DNA from: Chlamydia trachomatis
GTDB lineage: Bacteria > Chlamydiota > Chlamydiia > Chlamydiales > 2-12-FULL-49-11
Length of the DNA stretch: 64,000 nt
Assembly: GCA_945862365.1 (NCBI GenBank)
Contig: CAMAXK010000006.1
Coordinates: forward strand, 5,146-69,145
Reading direction: 5' to 3'
Made by a program: the position numbers and the translations under genes
The notes under the pieces: model-generated
The model's database searches: none
Told to the model about the DNA's origin: nothing
The model's input: only the letters and a program-made list of their open reading frames with translations
In this document: piece after piece, positions 39,206 to 48,423 of the stretch
Layout of the letters: every line of letters starts with the position of its first letter
How positions within the stretch are numbered: position 1 is the stretch's first letter

Positions 39206-40291
39206 ATGAACGGCCAGCCTATAAAATGTAGACAACCACTAATTCTTCGATACCATAGACTTCTAGAAGTTTTTTCTAAAGCAAATGATGTAAGAGACTT
39301 TTATCTAGACAAGCTTGAAGGTTTTTTAGTCTATTTTGACCTTGATAAAGGGGAGGAAGAGCTAGGTTTAGCGGAAAAAGAGCTGAAAGAAAACAGCGAT
39401 AGATATGTGGCTATTCCAAAATTGACCTACTATGAAACAAGAAAATTCATGGAAGGTTTTGTTATAGAAAAAGTTTATGATATCGATACTAAAGAAAAAC
39501 TTTTAGAGATAATAAACTCTCGTGGAGCGCGCGAAAATTTTCTTGAATTTGTTTATGATCATTTAGCAGAGCTTGACAAATGGCAGCAGTTTTATCAAGA
39601 AAGATCAAGAGTAAGAATTATTGAATTTTTACGTGAAAATGAAGTGGTGTTTGTCTTTGAAGAAGATCTAGAAATGTCTGTTTCTTCTCTTGAAAAGTTA
39701 AAGGAACATAAGTTTACCGTTAGAGTCTCAAAAGATATTGCTCAGGCAAGGGATCTATTGGAAGCTAAGTCAAAAATGTATTATTCAAGTGATGCGTTAA
39801 ATCCAAGGCCAAAAAGGGGAAGACCTCCAAAACAACAAGCTAAAGAGGAGTTAGAACCAGGGCTAGCCGATGATTTTTATACCACAGTTCCCTCAACACT
39901 TAGACCTTTTGTTTTTTCTCCAGAATATAGTAACGCTGCGGCAATGTTTTCATCTAAATTTGATTCAGAAGAGACCCTACTTGCTAGTATGAAAGGCTCT
40001 TCAAAAGCTCCTGTTGATAAGAAATTGCATGCTTTATCACAACGTCTTGAATCATTAAGACAGCTATCTGATCGATTAAAGACTGTAGAGCTTTCAGAGT
40101 CTTCTATGGATCTTGCTACAAAAGATATCTCTCAAGAAGAATCAAGTGAAGAGTCAAAAGGATTATCATCCCTTCTTCAAGGCGTTATTCCAAAGATGAA
40201 GCCAAAGAAAAGCTTAAAAGAGCGTGCTTTAGAGAAGAAAGAGAAGATGAAAGAAGTAACTCGTATCAAATCTAAAAAATCAAAAGAATAA
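39206..40291 (+). CDS. UPF0158 family chlamydial protein (CT429-like)
   Basis: RDFYLDKLEGF, IPKLTYYE, EKVYDIDTKEK, KWQQFY; AT-hook-like RPKRGRPPK. Confidence 0.8.
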   Translation: MNGQPIKCRQPLILRYHRLLEVFSKANDVRDFYLDKLEGFLVYFDLDKGEEELGLAEKELKENSDRYVAIPKLTYYETRKFMEGFVIEKVYDIDTKEKLLEIINSRGARENFLEFVYDHLAELDKWQQFYQERSRVRIIEFLRENEVVFVFEEDLEMSVSSLEKLKEHKFTVRVSKDIAQARDLLEAKSKMYYSSDALNPRPKRGRPPKQQAKEELEPGLADDFYTTVPSTLRPFVFSPEYSNAAAMFSSKFDSEETLLASMKGSSKAPVDKKLHALSQRLESLRQLSDRLKTVELSESSMDLATKDISQEESSEESKGLSSLLQGVIPKMKPKKSLKERALEKKEKMKEVTRIKSKKSKE

Positions 40292-40292
40292 T

Positions 40293-41306
40293 TTAAACTT
40301 TTGTGGTTGAAATACAATCAAAATCAATATCCATATGAGATTTGTTTCTTATATGGATTTGACCATTTGCTTTTTTATCCTTTAGATAATCGGCCAAAGA
40401 CATATTTGGAGGAATCACATTATCCATATGACTTCCACCTATCACTATTTTTTCCCCTTTTAGGGCGTTCCATCTTTTCCAGTCAAAATTTACGTCCCAA
40501 CCAAGGGTAGATAGACTTAGTTTTGTTAACCCTTTTACAATCTCTTTAATTACCGGAGTACCCATTTTCCCTGAAATAACCTCACTTAACTTATGAAATG
40601 TATGGTAAGCAACAATGGCGCAAGGATTTTTTCCTGGCTCTACTTTTTTATCAAAATGTTCTTTTACACATGTTGCTATTGATCCACCAAGAGAGTGTCC
40701 AATAAGGACCATATTTTCTAGTTTGTAACCTTGATCAAGGAGTGATTGAACCACTTCGATTTGATCTTTGACATGTTGGCTATGAGAGGCAAAATCACCT
40801 GTAGAATTTGAACAGCCCCGGTAGTTCATTTCCAGAGCATCGTAATTTTGATAAATCTTAGTATTTTTCATATAGCCCTTAAGGTGACCTTCATTTGCAA
40901 AGACACCATTGCCATGAAAAAGAATAGCAATATGTTTTTCATCATTCTTTTTGGTTTTATCTTGCAACATAGCTCCTTTTAAAATCGTACCATCTTCTAA
41001 TTTTAAGGATGCATTCACTTTGTAATCAGAATCATTCCCAGAGCTTTTGAAAGGAGAGTTTGAAGAAGGAATAAGAAGTATTCTTGTGGCAATTAACATT
41101 GCATCGAAAGCAGCAAGCAGTGTCCCTCCCACTGTCAAGGCAATAGCTGCTGCAAGAGGTAGAAAGAAATACGAAGCTACGACTAAGGCTACAATCCCTA
41201 CTAATGCTACTATGCCAGTAATGATAAGTGTATAGTTGTGCTTTGGTTTGTCGACTTTAAATTCATCGCTTATTTGTAATACATTTTTTGAAACAGCTGT
41301 TGTCAT
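40293..41306 (-). CDS. Membrane-anchored alpha/beta hydrolase (Ser nucleophile)
   Basis: N-terminal two-TM hairpin; FHGNG, NYRG, GHSLGG, DNVIP, terminal His. Confidence 0.85.
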   Translation of the reverse strand: MTTAVSKNVLQISDEFKVDKPKHNYTLIITGIVALVGIVALVVASYFFLPLAAAIALTVGGTLLAAFDAMLIATRILLIPSSNSPFKSSGNDSDYKVNASLKLEDGTILKGAMLQDKTKKNDEKHIAILFHGNGVFANEGHLKGYMKNTKIYQNYDALEMNYRGCSNSTGDFASHSQHVKDQIEVVQSLLDQGYKLENMVLIGHSLGGSIATCVKEHFDKKVEPGKNPCAIVAYHTFHKLSEVISGKMGTPVIKEIVKGLTKLSLSTLGWDVNFDWKRWNALKGEKIVIGGSHMDNVIPPNMSLADYLKDKKANGQIHIRNKSHMDIDFDCISTTKV

Positions 41307-41367
41307 TTTGTATCCTTAAAAAAAAGATAAATTATATTCTAAGGGGGTGTTAATTTATAGTAAAAAA

Positions 41368-42378
41368 TTAAGAGCTAAATCTCATACATTCAAAGTTAAA
41401 GGTGTTGTGATCTTCATCTCGCACCCATACGTTTGATGTAATTCCATGATCCTTTAAGTAGACAGCCAAATCCATATAAGGGGGAACGATTTTATCTTTT
41501 TTTCCGCCTCCAATGGCAATATTTGTCCCTTTAAGAGATTTCCATTCTTTTGGTGAAAATTGATAATTCCAGCCCATGCATCCAAGAAGTAAGTGAACGA
41601 TTTTTTCTGTGACCATTTTTAATAGGGGCCATTTAATGGGTCTTGAACCTAGTTTATCCAACCTAAAGCTACTTTGATAAGCAATAAGGGTTGGATATTC
41701 AGTGGCCTTTCTTTGTTTACTAAAATGGGATTTTACCGATACTGCAATAGAAGCACCTAAGCAATGCCCTAATAAAATGATATTTTTAAGACAGTATCCA
41801 CGGGCTAAGGCTGCTTCAACAATTTCAATCCCATCTTTCACATTTTGCCTCTGAGTTCCCATGGTTCCTTCAGAATTGGCCGTTCCTCGGTAGTTCATCT
41901 CTAATATATCATGAGTTTTGAACGCCTCTGTTGCCTTAACTTTGGCGCAAGCGCCTGCATTACTGGCAAAATAGCTATTGCCATGAAAGACAATTACTAG
42001 ATCCCGATCTTTATTTTCTCTGTTATCTTCCTTGTTAGGTAAAAATGCCCCAGTTAACACCACCCCATCTTTTAAGGTGATAGAGGTGTTGGATTGATAG
42101 TAATGATCCCCTTTTTTTGCCTTTAACAGCTCATTTGCTGACGGCACGATCAAGGCTCTAGTTGTAATAATTGCCGCTGAAAAAAACAGTCCGATACTTA
42201 GATAAACAACGATAAAAATTGCCACCACCATTGGGAAGAAAAAGAGGGAATGGGTCATAAAGCCAATAACGGTCAGAGCACTACCCACAATTAAGGGGAT
42301 TGTAAGCCTTTGTCTTGGCCTTTTAATGGTAAACATGTCCTGAATATCCAATAAAGGGGTGGATTTTTTTCTCTTCAT
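41368..42378 (-). CDS. Membrane-anchored alpha/beta hydrolase paralog (Cys at the nucleophile position)
   Basis: Two-TM hairpin; FHGNS, NYRG, GHCLGA, DKIVP, DHN. Confidence 0.8.
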   Translation of the reverse strand: MKRKKSTPLLDIQDMFTIKRPRQRLTIPLIVGSALTVIGFMTHSLFFFPMVVAIFIVVYLSIGLFFSAAIITTRALIVPSANELLKAKKGDHYYQSNTSITLKDGVVLTGAFLPNKEDNRENKDRDLVIVFHGNSYFASNAGACAKVKATEAFKTHDILEMNYRGTANSEGTMGTQRQNVKDGIEIVEAALARGYCLKNIILLGHCLGASIAVSVKSHFSKQRKATEYPTLIAYQSSFRLDKLGSRPIKWPLLKMVTEKIVHLLLGCMGWNYQFSPKEWKSLKGTNIAIGGGKKDKIVPPYMDLAVYLKDHGITSNVWVRDEDHNTFNFECMRFSS

Positions 42379-42457
42379 AATAAAATTCTACTTTAGTTAT
42401 AGAGTAATTATAATGAAAATAACAGCTAAAATTCAATAATTAAAATAAATACTATGA

Positions 42458-43231
42458 TTAAAACTCGATTTTCTTACTAACTTTGTCTTGAAAAGCGATA
42501 GAAAGGGGGGGCTTTAGGCCAAGTTTTGCCAAATGGTCCCCAACGGTTTTTAAAGCAACATCTGGATCATTGCACTCAGAGGAAAGGTGGGCTAGGTAGA
42601 TGTGCTTAAGCCCGTCGTGATGGATTTTTTCGATCAGTTCAGCGCAGGCCTTATTAGATAGATGGCCCTGCCTTCCTAGCACCCGCTTTTTGTATATCAA
42701 GGGTCTTGCACAGGCATGAACCATCGCTTCTTCATGATTGGCCTCAATATAAAGGTAATCACAACCTTGTAAATGATGGGCTACTAAATTCGAAGCAAAG
42801 CCAAGGTCGGTGCAAATACCCACTTTTAGACCATCAAAGGCTAAGGTAAAGGCACAGGGATCTAAAGTATCATGTTGGATACTAAATGGGGTGATGGTAA
42901 TATCCCCAAAAACAAAAGGCTCGCCTGTGGAAAAGATCTTAAAATTTGGTCTTGTATCGATTTCTGCACAAATAGCTTTTGCAGTATCGCCATTACATAA
43001 AATAGGAATTGTAGTAGATTTTGCAATTTGCTCTAATCCTTTGATGTGGTCACTGTGTTCATGTGAAATGACAATTCCATCAATATCATCGATGGTCAAA
43101 TCAATTTCAGCAAGCTTTTCTTGAATCTTTTTAAAACTCAATCCTACATCAAACAAAAGTTTAGTTTTTCCCGATCCTACGTAAATAACATTACCTTGAG
43201 AACCCGAAGAAAGAGGACAAATACCACGCAT
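42458..43231 (-). CDS. yycJ: MBL-fold metallo-hydrolase (YycJ/WalJ-like)
   Basis: SSGSQGN, SHEHSDH, HD, TDLG, EANH, GHLSN, AHLS; divergent from ftsK as in CT738/739. Confidence 0.88.
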   Translation of the reverse strand: MRGICPLSSGSQGNVIYVGSGKTKLLFDVGLSFKKIQEKLAEIDLTIDDIDGIVISHEHSDHIKGLEQIAKSTTIPILCNGDTAKAICAEIDTRPNFKIFSTGEPFVFGDITITPFSIQHDTLDPCAFTLAFDGLKVGICTDLGFASNLVAHHLQGCDYLYIEANHEEAMVHACARPLIYKKRVLGRQGHLSNKACAELIEKIHHDGLKHIYLAHLSSECNDPDVALKTVGDHLAKLGLKPPLSIAFQDKVSKKIEF

Positions 43232-43327
43232 TGTAAACCTACTCCTTAGCTAAAGTATACAAAAGAGCGTGCAAAAGTGAAAGGGTTTCTTTTTGGTTAA
43301 ATGTAGGCTAGTTTTATAAACTGATTT

Positions 43328-45736
43328 ATGATATATAGAAGAGATATGAAAAGGGCCCCTCGTATACCAAAAAAAATCCCAGTAAAAAGTGAGCCACACC
43401 CTGAAGCAAGGGGTGTTTTTATCATTGCCGGAAGCATTTTTGTCTTTTTGTGCCTATTTTCATTTGTCGATGGCCATCATGAACAAAATATCTTAGGGCT
43501 TGCAGGACATTTAATAGCTCATAGTCTGCATTATCTTTTTGGACTTGGTAGCTATATTCTTATTGCCTTTATGACTTTTTTTGGTTGGAAATTTATGAAG
43601 GATAGGGATCGAAAGGGTTTGGCCACAAAGATTGCTTATCTATGCCTACATGTATTTTCCATTTGTATATTATTAAACCTTTTTGCAGAAACTAAATGGC
43701 TTGATTTTTCCCCTTTGTATGAACGAGTTTATTCTGAATCTGTGATTATCAAAGCAGCTGTTCCAGTAAAATATACGCGCTATAATTTAGGTGGGGTTCC
43801 ATTTTATTATTTATATAAAGATCTTGTATCCTTTAACTTACAACATTTATTAAGTGATGTAGGGGTGTTGCTCACCTTTTTTAATTTAGCAATTATTGGC
43901 TTTATTTTACTTACCGATTTAAGTTTTGTAAAAATCACAAGACGTCTATTAAATTTTCTACCCTATATTTCAGATTCTGCAGTCATGGTTTTGAGAAAAA
44001 TTCTAGTTCTTATGAGAAAATTCTCATTTATGCAGGTCAAGACAACAAAAAAAAATGAAAGAGCCCCTCTTGCTGCCTCCGTTTTTCCCCCTTTTACAGG
44101 ATTTAACGAAAAAAAAACTAAAAATGAATCACCCTCAAAACCTACCAAAGGTGTGCAGCAGTCACTAAAAATGCTCCCACAGCCGCAGAAACAAAAAATT
44201 ATTCAAACTCACTCTTTTGCAACTGAAGCTAAAACTGATCCTAAAGTTGAATTTACGATGCAGAAGAAATCGCCCCCGACTAAAGCTTCTGAAGCAAATT
44301 ATAATTTACCACCGATAGACTTACTGTCAGATACAATTGCTGTGGATCAAACGGGATTGAAAAGAGAATTGCAGGAAAAAGCACGCATTTTAGAGGAGAC
44401 ATTAGCTAGTTTTTCAATAGAGGCAAAAGTGGGCCATATTCACTCTGGCCCAACTATCACCTCATTTGAAGTTCATCCAGCAATTGGGGTAAAAGTTCAA
44501 AAAATCAAAGCGTTAGAAAATGATATTGCACTGAATTTACAAGCACGTTCCATCCGAATTATTGCCCCTATTCCAGGAAAAGCTGCTGTGGGTGTGGAGA
44601 TTCCATCTACTCTTCCGCAAGATGTGGGCTTTAAAGATATGCTTAATGCCTACCGTAAATTGCCTACAAAGCATCATATACCAGTGCTTCTTGGAAAAAC
44701 TGTTCGTGGAGAAGATGTGATGTGTGATTTAACCAAGATGCCCCACTGTATTATTGCAGGTGCTACTGGTTCTGGTAAATCTGTCTGTATAAATACCATG
44801 ATCATGTCCATTTTGATGAATTCAACGCCTGATAAGGTGAAGCTTTTATTAATCGATCCAAAAAAAGTGGAGCTTACTTTTTTTGCAAAAATCCCTCATT
44901 TAATTGCCCCTGTGATTACAGAGCCAGAAGGTGCTTATGCAGCGCTTAAATGGATGGTAAAAGAAATGAAGATGCGCTATGAAATGTTAAAACTTTTAGG
45001 AGTTAGAAATATCCATAGCTTTAACAAGCGTAAGATCGATAAGGAATTTGAAGATAGCCTTGAAATGGAGATCCCAAAAGAGATGTATTTTATGGTAGCA
45101 ATCATCGATGAGTTCGCAGATCTTATGATGACCTCTTCCTCAGATTTGGAAACACCTATTGCACGTATTGCTCAAATGGCTAGAGCTGTCGGTATACACT
45201 TAGTGCTTGCCACCCAAAGACCCTCTCGAGAGGTGATTACTGGACTGATTAAAGCAAACTTTCCAACTCGAATCGCTTTTAAAGTTTCCTCCAGAATCAA
45301 CAGCCAGATCATCTTGGATGAAAATGGCGCCGAAAGTCTGCTCGGAAATGGAGATATGCTTTTTCTAGCCCCAGGAACCGCCGAGCTGCTTCGATGTCAA
45401 GGGGTGTATGTGTGTGATGAAGATATTAAAAAAGTAGTCTCACATATTCAAGACCGTTTTCCTACAAACTATTTATTTCAATCTTTTGATAATATTTCCT
45501 CAGAAGAGCAAATGGTCCAAGAAAAAGAAGAGGGGATGGATCCGTTATATCCAAAGGCTTTAGAAATCGTCCTTACCTTTAAAACAGCTTCAACCACCTT
45601 TTTGCAAAGAAAATTGAAAATCGGTTATGCACGTGCAGCCTCATTAATTGATGCTTTGCAAGAAAATGGGATCATCAGTGCAGGCGATGGCAGCCGCCCT
45701 CGTCGAATCCTTCGCGATGATGTAGAAGAGCAGTAG
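43328..45736 (+). CDS. ftsK: DNA translocase FtsK
   Basis: 4TM N-terminus, GATGSGKS, IIDEFAD, LATQRPS, gamma domain LQRKLKIGYARAA. Confidence 0.97.
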   Translation: MIYRRDMKRAPRIPKKIPVKSEPHPEARGVFIIAGSIFVFLCLFSFVDGHHEQNILGLAGHLIAHSLHYLFGLGSYILIAFMTFFGWKFMKDRDRKGLATKIAYLCLHVFSICILLNLFAETKWLDFSPLYERVYSESVIIKAAVPVKYTRYNLGGVPFYYLYKDLVSFNLQHLLSDVGVLLTFFNLAIIGFILLTDLSFVKITRRLLNFLPYISDSAVMVLRKILVLMRKFSFMQVKTTKKNERAPLAASVFPPFTGFNEKKTKNESPSKPTKGVQQSLKMLPQPQKQKIIQTHSFATEAKTDPKVEFTMQKKSPPTKASEANYNLPPIDLLSDTIAVDQTGLKRELQEKARILEETLASFSIEAKVGHIHSGPTITSFEVHPAIGVKVQKIKALENDIALNLQARSIRIIAPIPGKAAVGVEIPSTLPQDVGFKDMLNAYRKLPTKHHIPVLLGKTVRGEDVMCDLTKMPHCIIAGATGSGKSVCINTMIMSILMNSTPDKVKLLLIDPKKVELTFFAKIPHLIAPVITEPEGAYAALKWMVKEMKMRYEMLKLLGVRNIHSFNKRKIDKEFEDSLEMEIPKEMYFMVAIIDEFADLMMTSSSDLETPIARIAQMARAVGIHLVLATQRPSREVITGLIKANFPTRIAFKVSSRINSQIILDENGAESLLGNGDMLFLAPGTAELLRCQGVYVCDEDIKKVVSHIQDRFPTNYLFQSFDNISSEEQMVQEKEEGMDPLYPKALEIVLTFKTASTTFLQRKLKIGYARAASLIDALQENGIISAGDGSRPRRILRDDVEEQ

Positions 45737-45762
45737 CAGCTTAAAGTTGATTTTAAAAATTT

Positions 45763-45796
45763 AACACGAAGACACAAAGATACTAAGACACAAAGG
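45763..45796 (+). repeat. Degenerate short-period repeat, possibly related to the cacagag element family
   Basis: aacacgaag-acacaaag-atactaag-acacaaag. Confidence 0.45.
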
Positions 45797-45876
45797 TCAA
45801 TAGAGATCTTGCTCAATTAGCTTTACCTAAAAAAATATCTATTTTTAGAGGTAAAGCCGATTAGGTAAGCATTCAA

Positions 45877-46650
45877 CTATTCTTCAAGTATTGCTATGTA
45901 ATTACTATATTGAAAATTTTCTAGAGACGGATTCCATTCTGTAATTTGTGTTTTACCATTTGGAAGTAAACGATAGATTGCATAATGAAAAGATCTCAAC
46001 ATGTTATAAACATCTTCCAGTTTACATTTTGAATCTTCATAACACCCACCATATTCGAATTGAATGGCGGATATTGCACCTTTTTCAAGCATATTACTTG
46101 CTCCAACAAGGATACGATACTCCTCACCTTCAGTGTCTATTTTTATAAGATCAATATGTTCAATAGAATTCTCCTGACAAAAGTGATCAAGTGTTGAAAT
46201 ACTAACCTTTATTTCCGTTGGTACTTCCTTAAGAATATCTTTAAGGATTGGTCTATCATACAATCCATCTAGTACAGAAAGGCTATAACTATAAAAGCTT
46301 ATATCGTCATTTTGTTTATCCGACAGACCTAAGTTAAAGGCGGAAATATTAATATTGTTAACGTGGTATGAGATAAATTTTTTAAACGTTGTTGGGTTTG
46401 GTTCAAATGCAAAAATTTTAATTGTGCTATTGATTTTGATCACCTCAGAACTCCATTCTCCTATATTTGCTCCAATATCAAAGATAATTAAATCAGGTTT
46501 GTCTTTTACGAATTCATTAAGAAATAAGAACTCTCCGTTTGTTAACATATCACAATTGTTGTAACCATCCCCTGCTGAAAATTTATTAGCAACTATGGAT
46601 TGGAATGACATAGCATAAAATAGAGATAGCAGTATATATATATTTTTCAT
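45877..46650 (-). CDS. FkbM family SAM-dependent methyltransferase
   Basis: IFDIGANIG, AFEPNP, TLDHF, IKIDTEGEE, IQFEYG. Confidence 0.9.
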   Translation of the reverse strand: MKNIYILLSLFYAMSFQSIVANKFSAGDGYNNCDMLTNGEFLFLNEFVKDKPDLIIFDIGANIGEWSSEVIKINSTIKIFAFEPNPTTFKKFISYHVNNINISAFNLGLSDKQNDDISFYSYSLSVLDGLYDRPILKDILKEVPTEIKVSISTLDHFCQENSIEHIDLIKIDTEGEEYRILVGASNMLEKGAISAIQFEYGGCYEDSKCKLEDVYNMLRSFHYAIYRLLPNGKTQITEWNPSLENFQYSNYIAILEE

Positions 46651-46724
46651 TAAAAAAGACTCCTTAAAATTTTAAATTTTAACGAATCATATTTTTAACA
46701 AGGATAAAAGTAAATATAAAAAAG

Positions 46725-46799
46725 GGCGATAAACGAGGCTCGAACTCGCGACCTCCTGAACCACAATCAGGCGCTCTAACCAACTGAGCTACTATCGCC
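46725..46799 (-). tRNA. tRNA-His (GTG)
   Basis: GGCGATAGTAGCTCAGTTGGTTAGAGCGCCTGATTGTGGTTCAGGAGGTCGCGAGTTCGAGCCTCGTTTATCGCC: cloverleaf, G-1:C73 pair, full CCA not encoded. Confidence 0.96.
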
Positions 46800-46839
46800 G
46801 CATGAAAGGAAAAATCTTATCATTCAAAAGGGGATTATG

Positions 46840-48288
46840 TCAAGAGCAATCATCTAAAGAAATAAGATGATCCTCATGGGCCACTTTTTCTCTACTAAAA
46901 CAGAGGAAAACAAGGGCGCAACCGCAAAAGGTTAGCAGTTGAGTATTAAGAGGGGGCAACTTTATCAGCAACGGTGAAAATCCTTTTCCGTAAATAAGAG
47001 ACTCCAGAAACGGTTTTGAAAAAGTTTCATTAATTTTCCAAAAAAAGGCCGACCCAAAGATTGGGTGAAAGGCAAAAGCCAAAAGTAGAAAGATTAAGGT
47101 TGGGATCATAGAAAGAGGAAAAAATCCATTATAAAAAAGGCCCCAGAGGGGGAAAAAGGTGAATTGATGGATCAAAATGGGTAAAAGAACGATTTGAATA
47201 AGGAGAGAAAGAAGAAAGCTACTTAAAAAAAAGCGTAATGGATAGTAGGCGCATTTATGCATAAAGGGCATCATCATCAACACCTTTTTATCCCTTTTTT
47301 TACAAAAATAATTAGTTGATTCAGAGATGAATGAGTGAAGGGTTAAAATTGCAAAGGTGGCAAGATAACTTAAGGAAAAGGCAAGTTCAAAAACCGAATA
47401 GGGATCAATAAGGATAGAGATAATTCCTGCCACACCAAGGGCGTTTAAAGGGATGGGAACTTTTGATAAAAGTAGAGTGACAAGGAAAATGGATATGGAA
47501 ATCCATGCACGAGAAATAGAGGCACCTTGACCAAGGAATAAAAAATAGAGCCATGCAAAAAAAAGAAGGAAAATCATTGCATATTTTTTTGGGAAAATAA
47601 GTGTAAGTGGAACTGAGAGGATAAAAATAATCCATGAAAAATGAAATCCTGAGATGGCAAGGGTATGAAGCATTCCTGTTATAAGGAAACTTTGCTTTAA
47701 GCAAGGATCGTCTATAAAACCTGTAACAAGAGCTGAAAAGTAAGCGCGAACATCTTCATCTTTTGTGTGAGAATTAATGATTTTTCGAGCAGCTTGTTTA
47801 AGAAAATAGCGATTTTCAGTAAATGATAGGGTTTTTTCTACTTTTTCCCACGAATTCGGAGTAAGGCTATAACCACCTGTGGTTTTTTTGAGTCTTCCTT
47901 TGATAATGTAGTGACAGTTCATCACCGGCCGATTGTATTTTGACAGAGGGATAATCACCGAAAGTTTCCTATATTCACCCCCATCTTCTGTTTTAAGATA
48001 GGGGATCTTTGCGATCATAAACATCCTATTATTTGATTCCTTGATTTCAACTGGTTTTACGTAGGCTGCAACCCAGGAGGTTTCAAGAGCTTTGTCCCTA
48101 TCAGTTTTAAATAAGATAGCGGTAGATAGGGCTAAAACAAGATAACCGATTTTAAAGCTGCGTCTTTGATGGGTAAATGCAAACAGAAGTGGCGCGTAAA
48201 GACTTTTAGAAAGAAGGGCCCCAGAGATTAAGGAGGCAAGGATAAATAATGCAGGAAATCTTTCCCAGGAAAAATAAAACCGTTTCAT
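46840..48288 (-). CDS. comEC: ComEC/Rec2 family membrane protein (no MBL domain)
   Basis: TGMLHTLAISGFH, SISRA, FSLSYLAT; multi-TM. Confidence 0.9.
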   Translation of the reverse strand: MKRFYFSWERFPALFILASLISGALLSKSLYAPLLFAFTHQRRSFKIGYLVLALSTAILFKTDRDKALETSWVAAYVKPVEIKESNNRMFMIAKIPYLKTEDGGEYRKLSVIIPLSKYNRPVMNCHYIIKGRLKKTTGGYSLTPNSWEKVEKTLSFTENRYFLKQAARKIINSHTKDEDVRAYFSALVTGFIDDPCLKQSFLITGMLHTLAISGFHFSWIIFILSVPLTLIFPKKYAMIFLLFFAWLYFLFLGQGASISRAWISISIFLVTLLLSKVPIPLNALGVAGIISILIDPYSVFELAFSLSYLATFAILTLHSFISESTNYFCKKRDKKVLMMMPFMHKCAYYPLRFFLSSFLLSLLIQIVLLPILIHQFTFFPLWGLFYNGFFPLSMIPTLIFLLLAFAFHPIFGSAFFWKINETFSKPFLESLIYGKGFSPLLIKLPPLNTQLLTFCGCALVFLCFSREKVAHEDHLISLDDCS

Positions 48289-48423
48289 GGCAAAAGAGTT
48301 TAGATAAAGAATTTCTTATTAGCTACTTTTTTTTCTTGGCAAAATCGATATATAAAATTCTATTGACATTTATTAATTTTGAATTACATATTACTACTTA
48401 AAGTTTAAGGTAATAGGAAATCT

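Noticed and set aside
46651-46840. Prophage or integrative element at tRNA-His
   Set aside because: No integrase and no duplicated tRNA 3' end seen in the window
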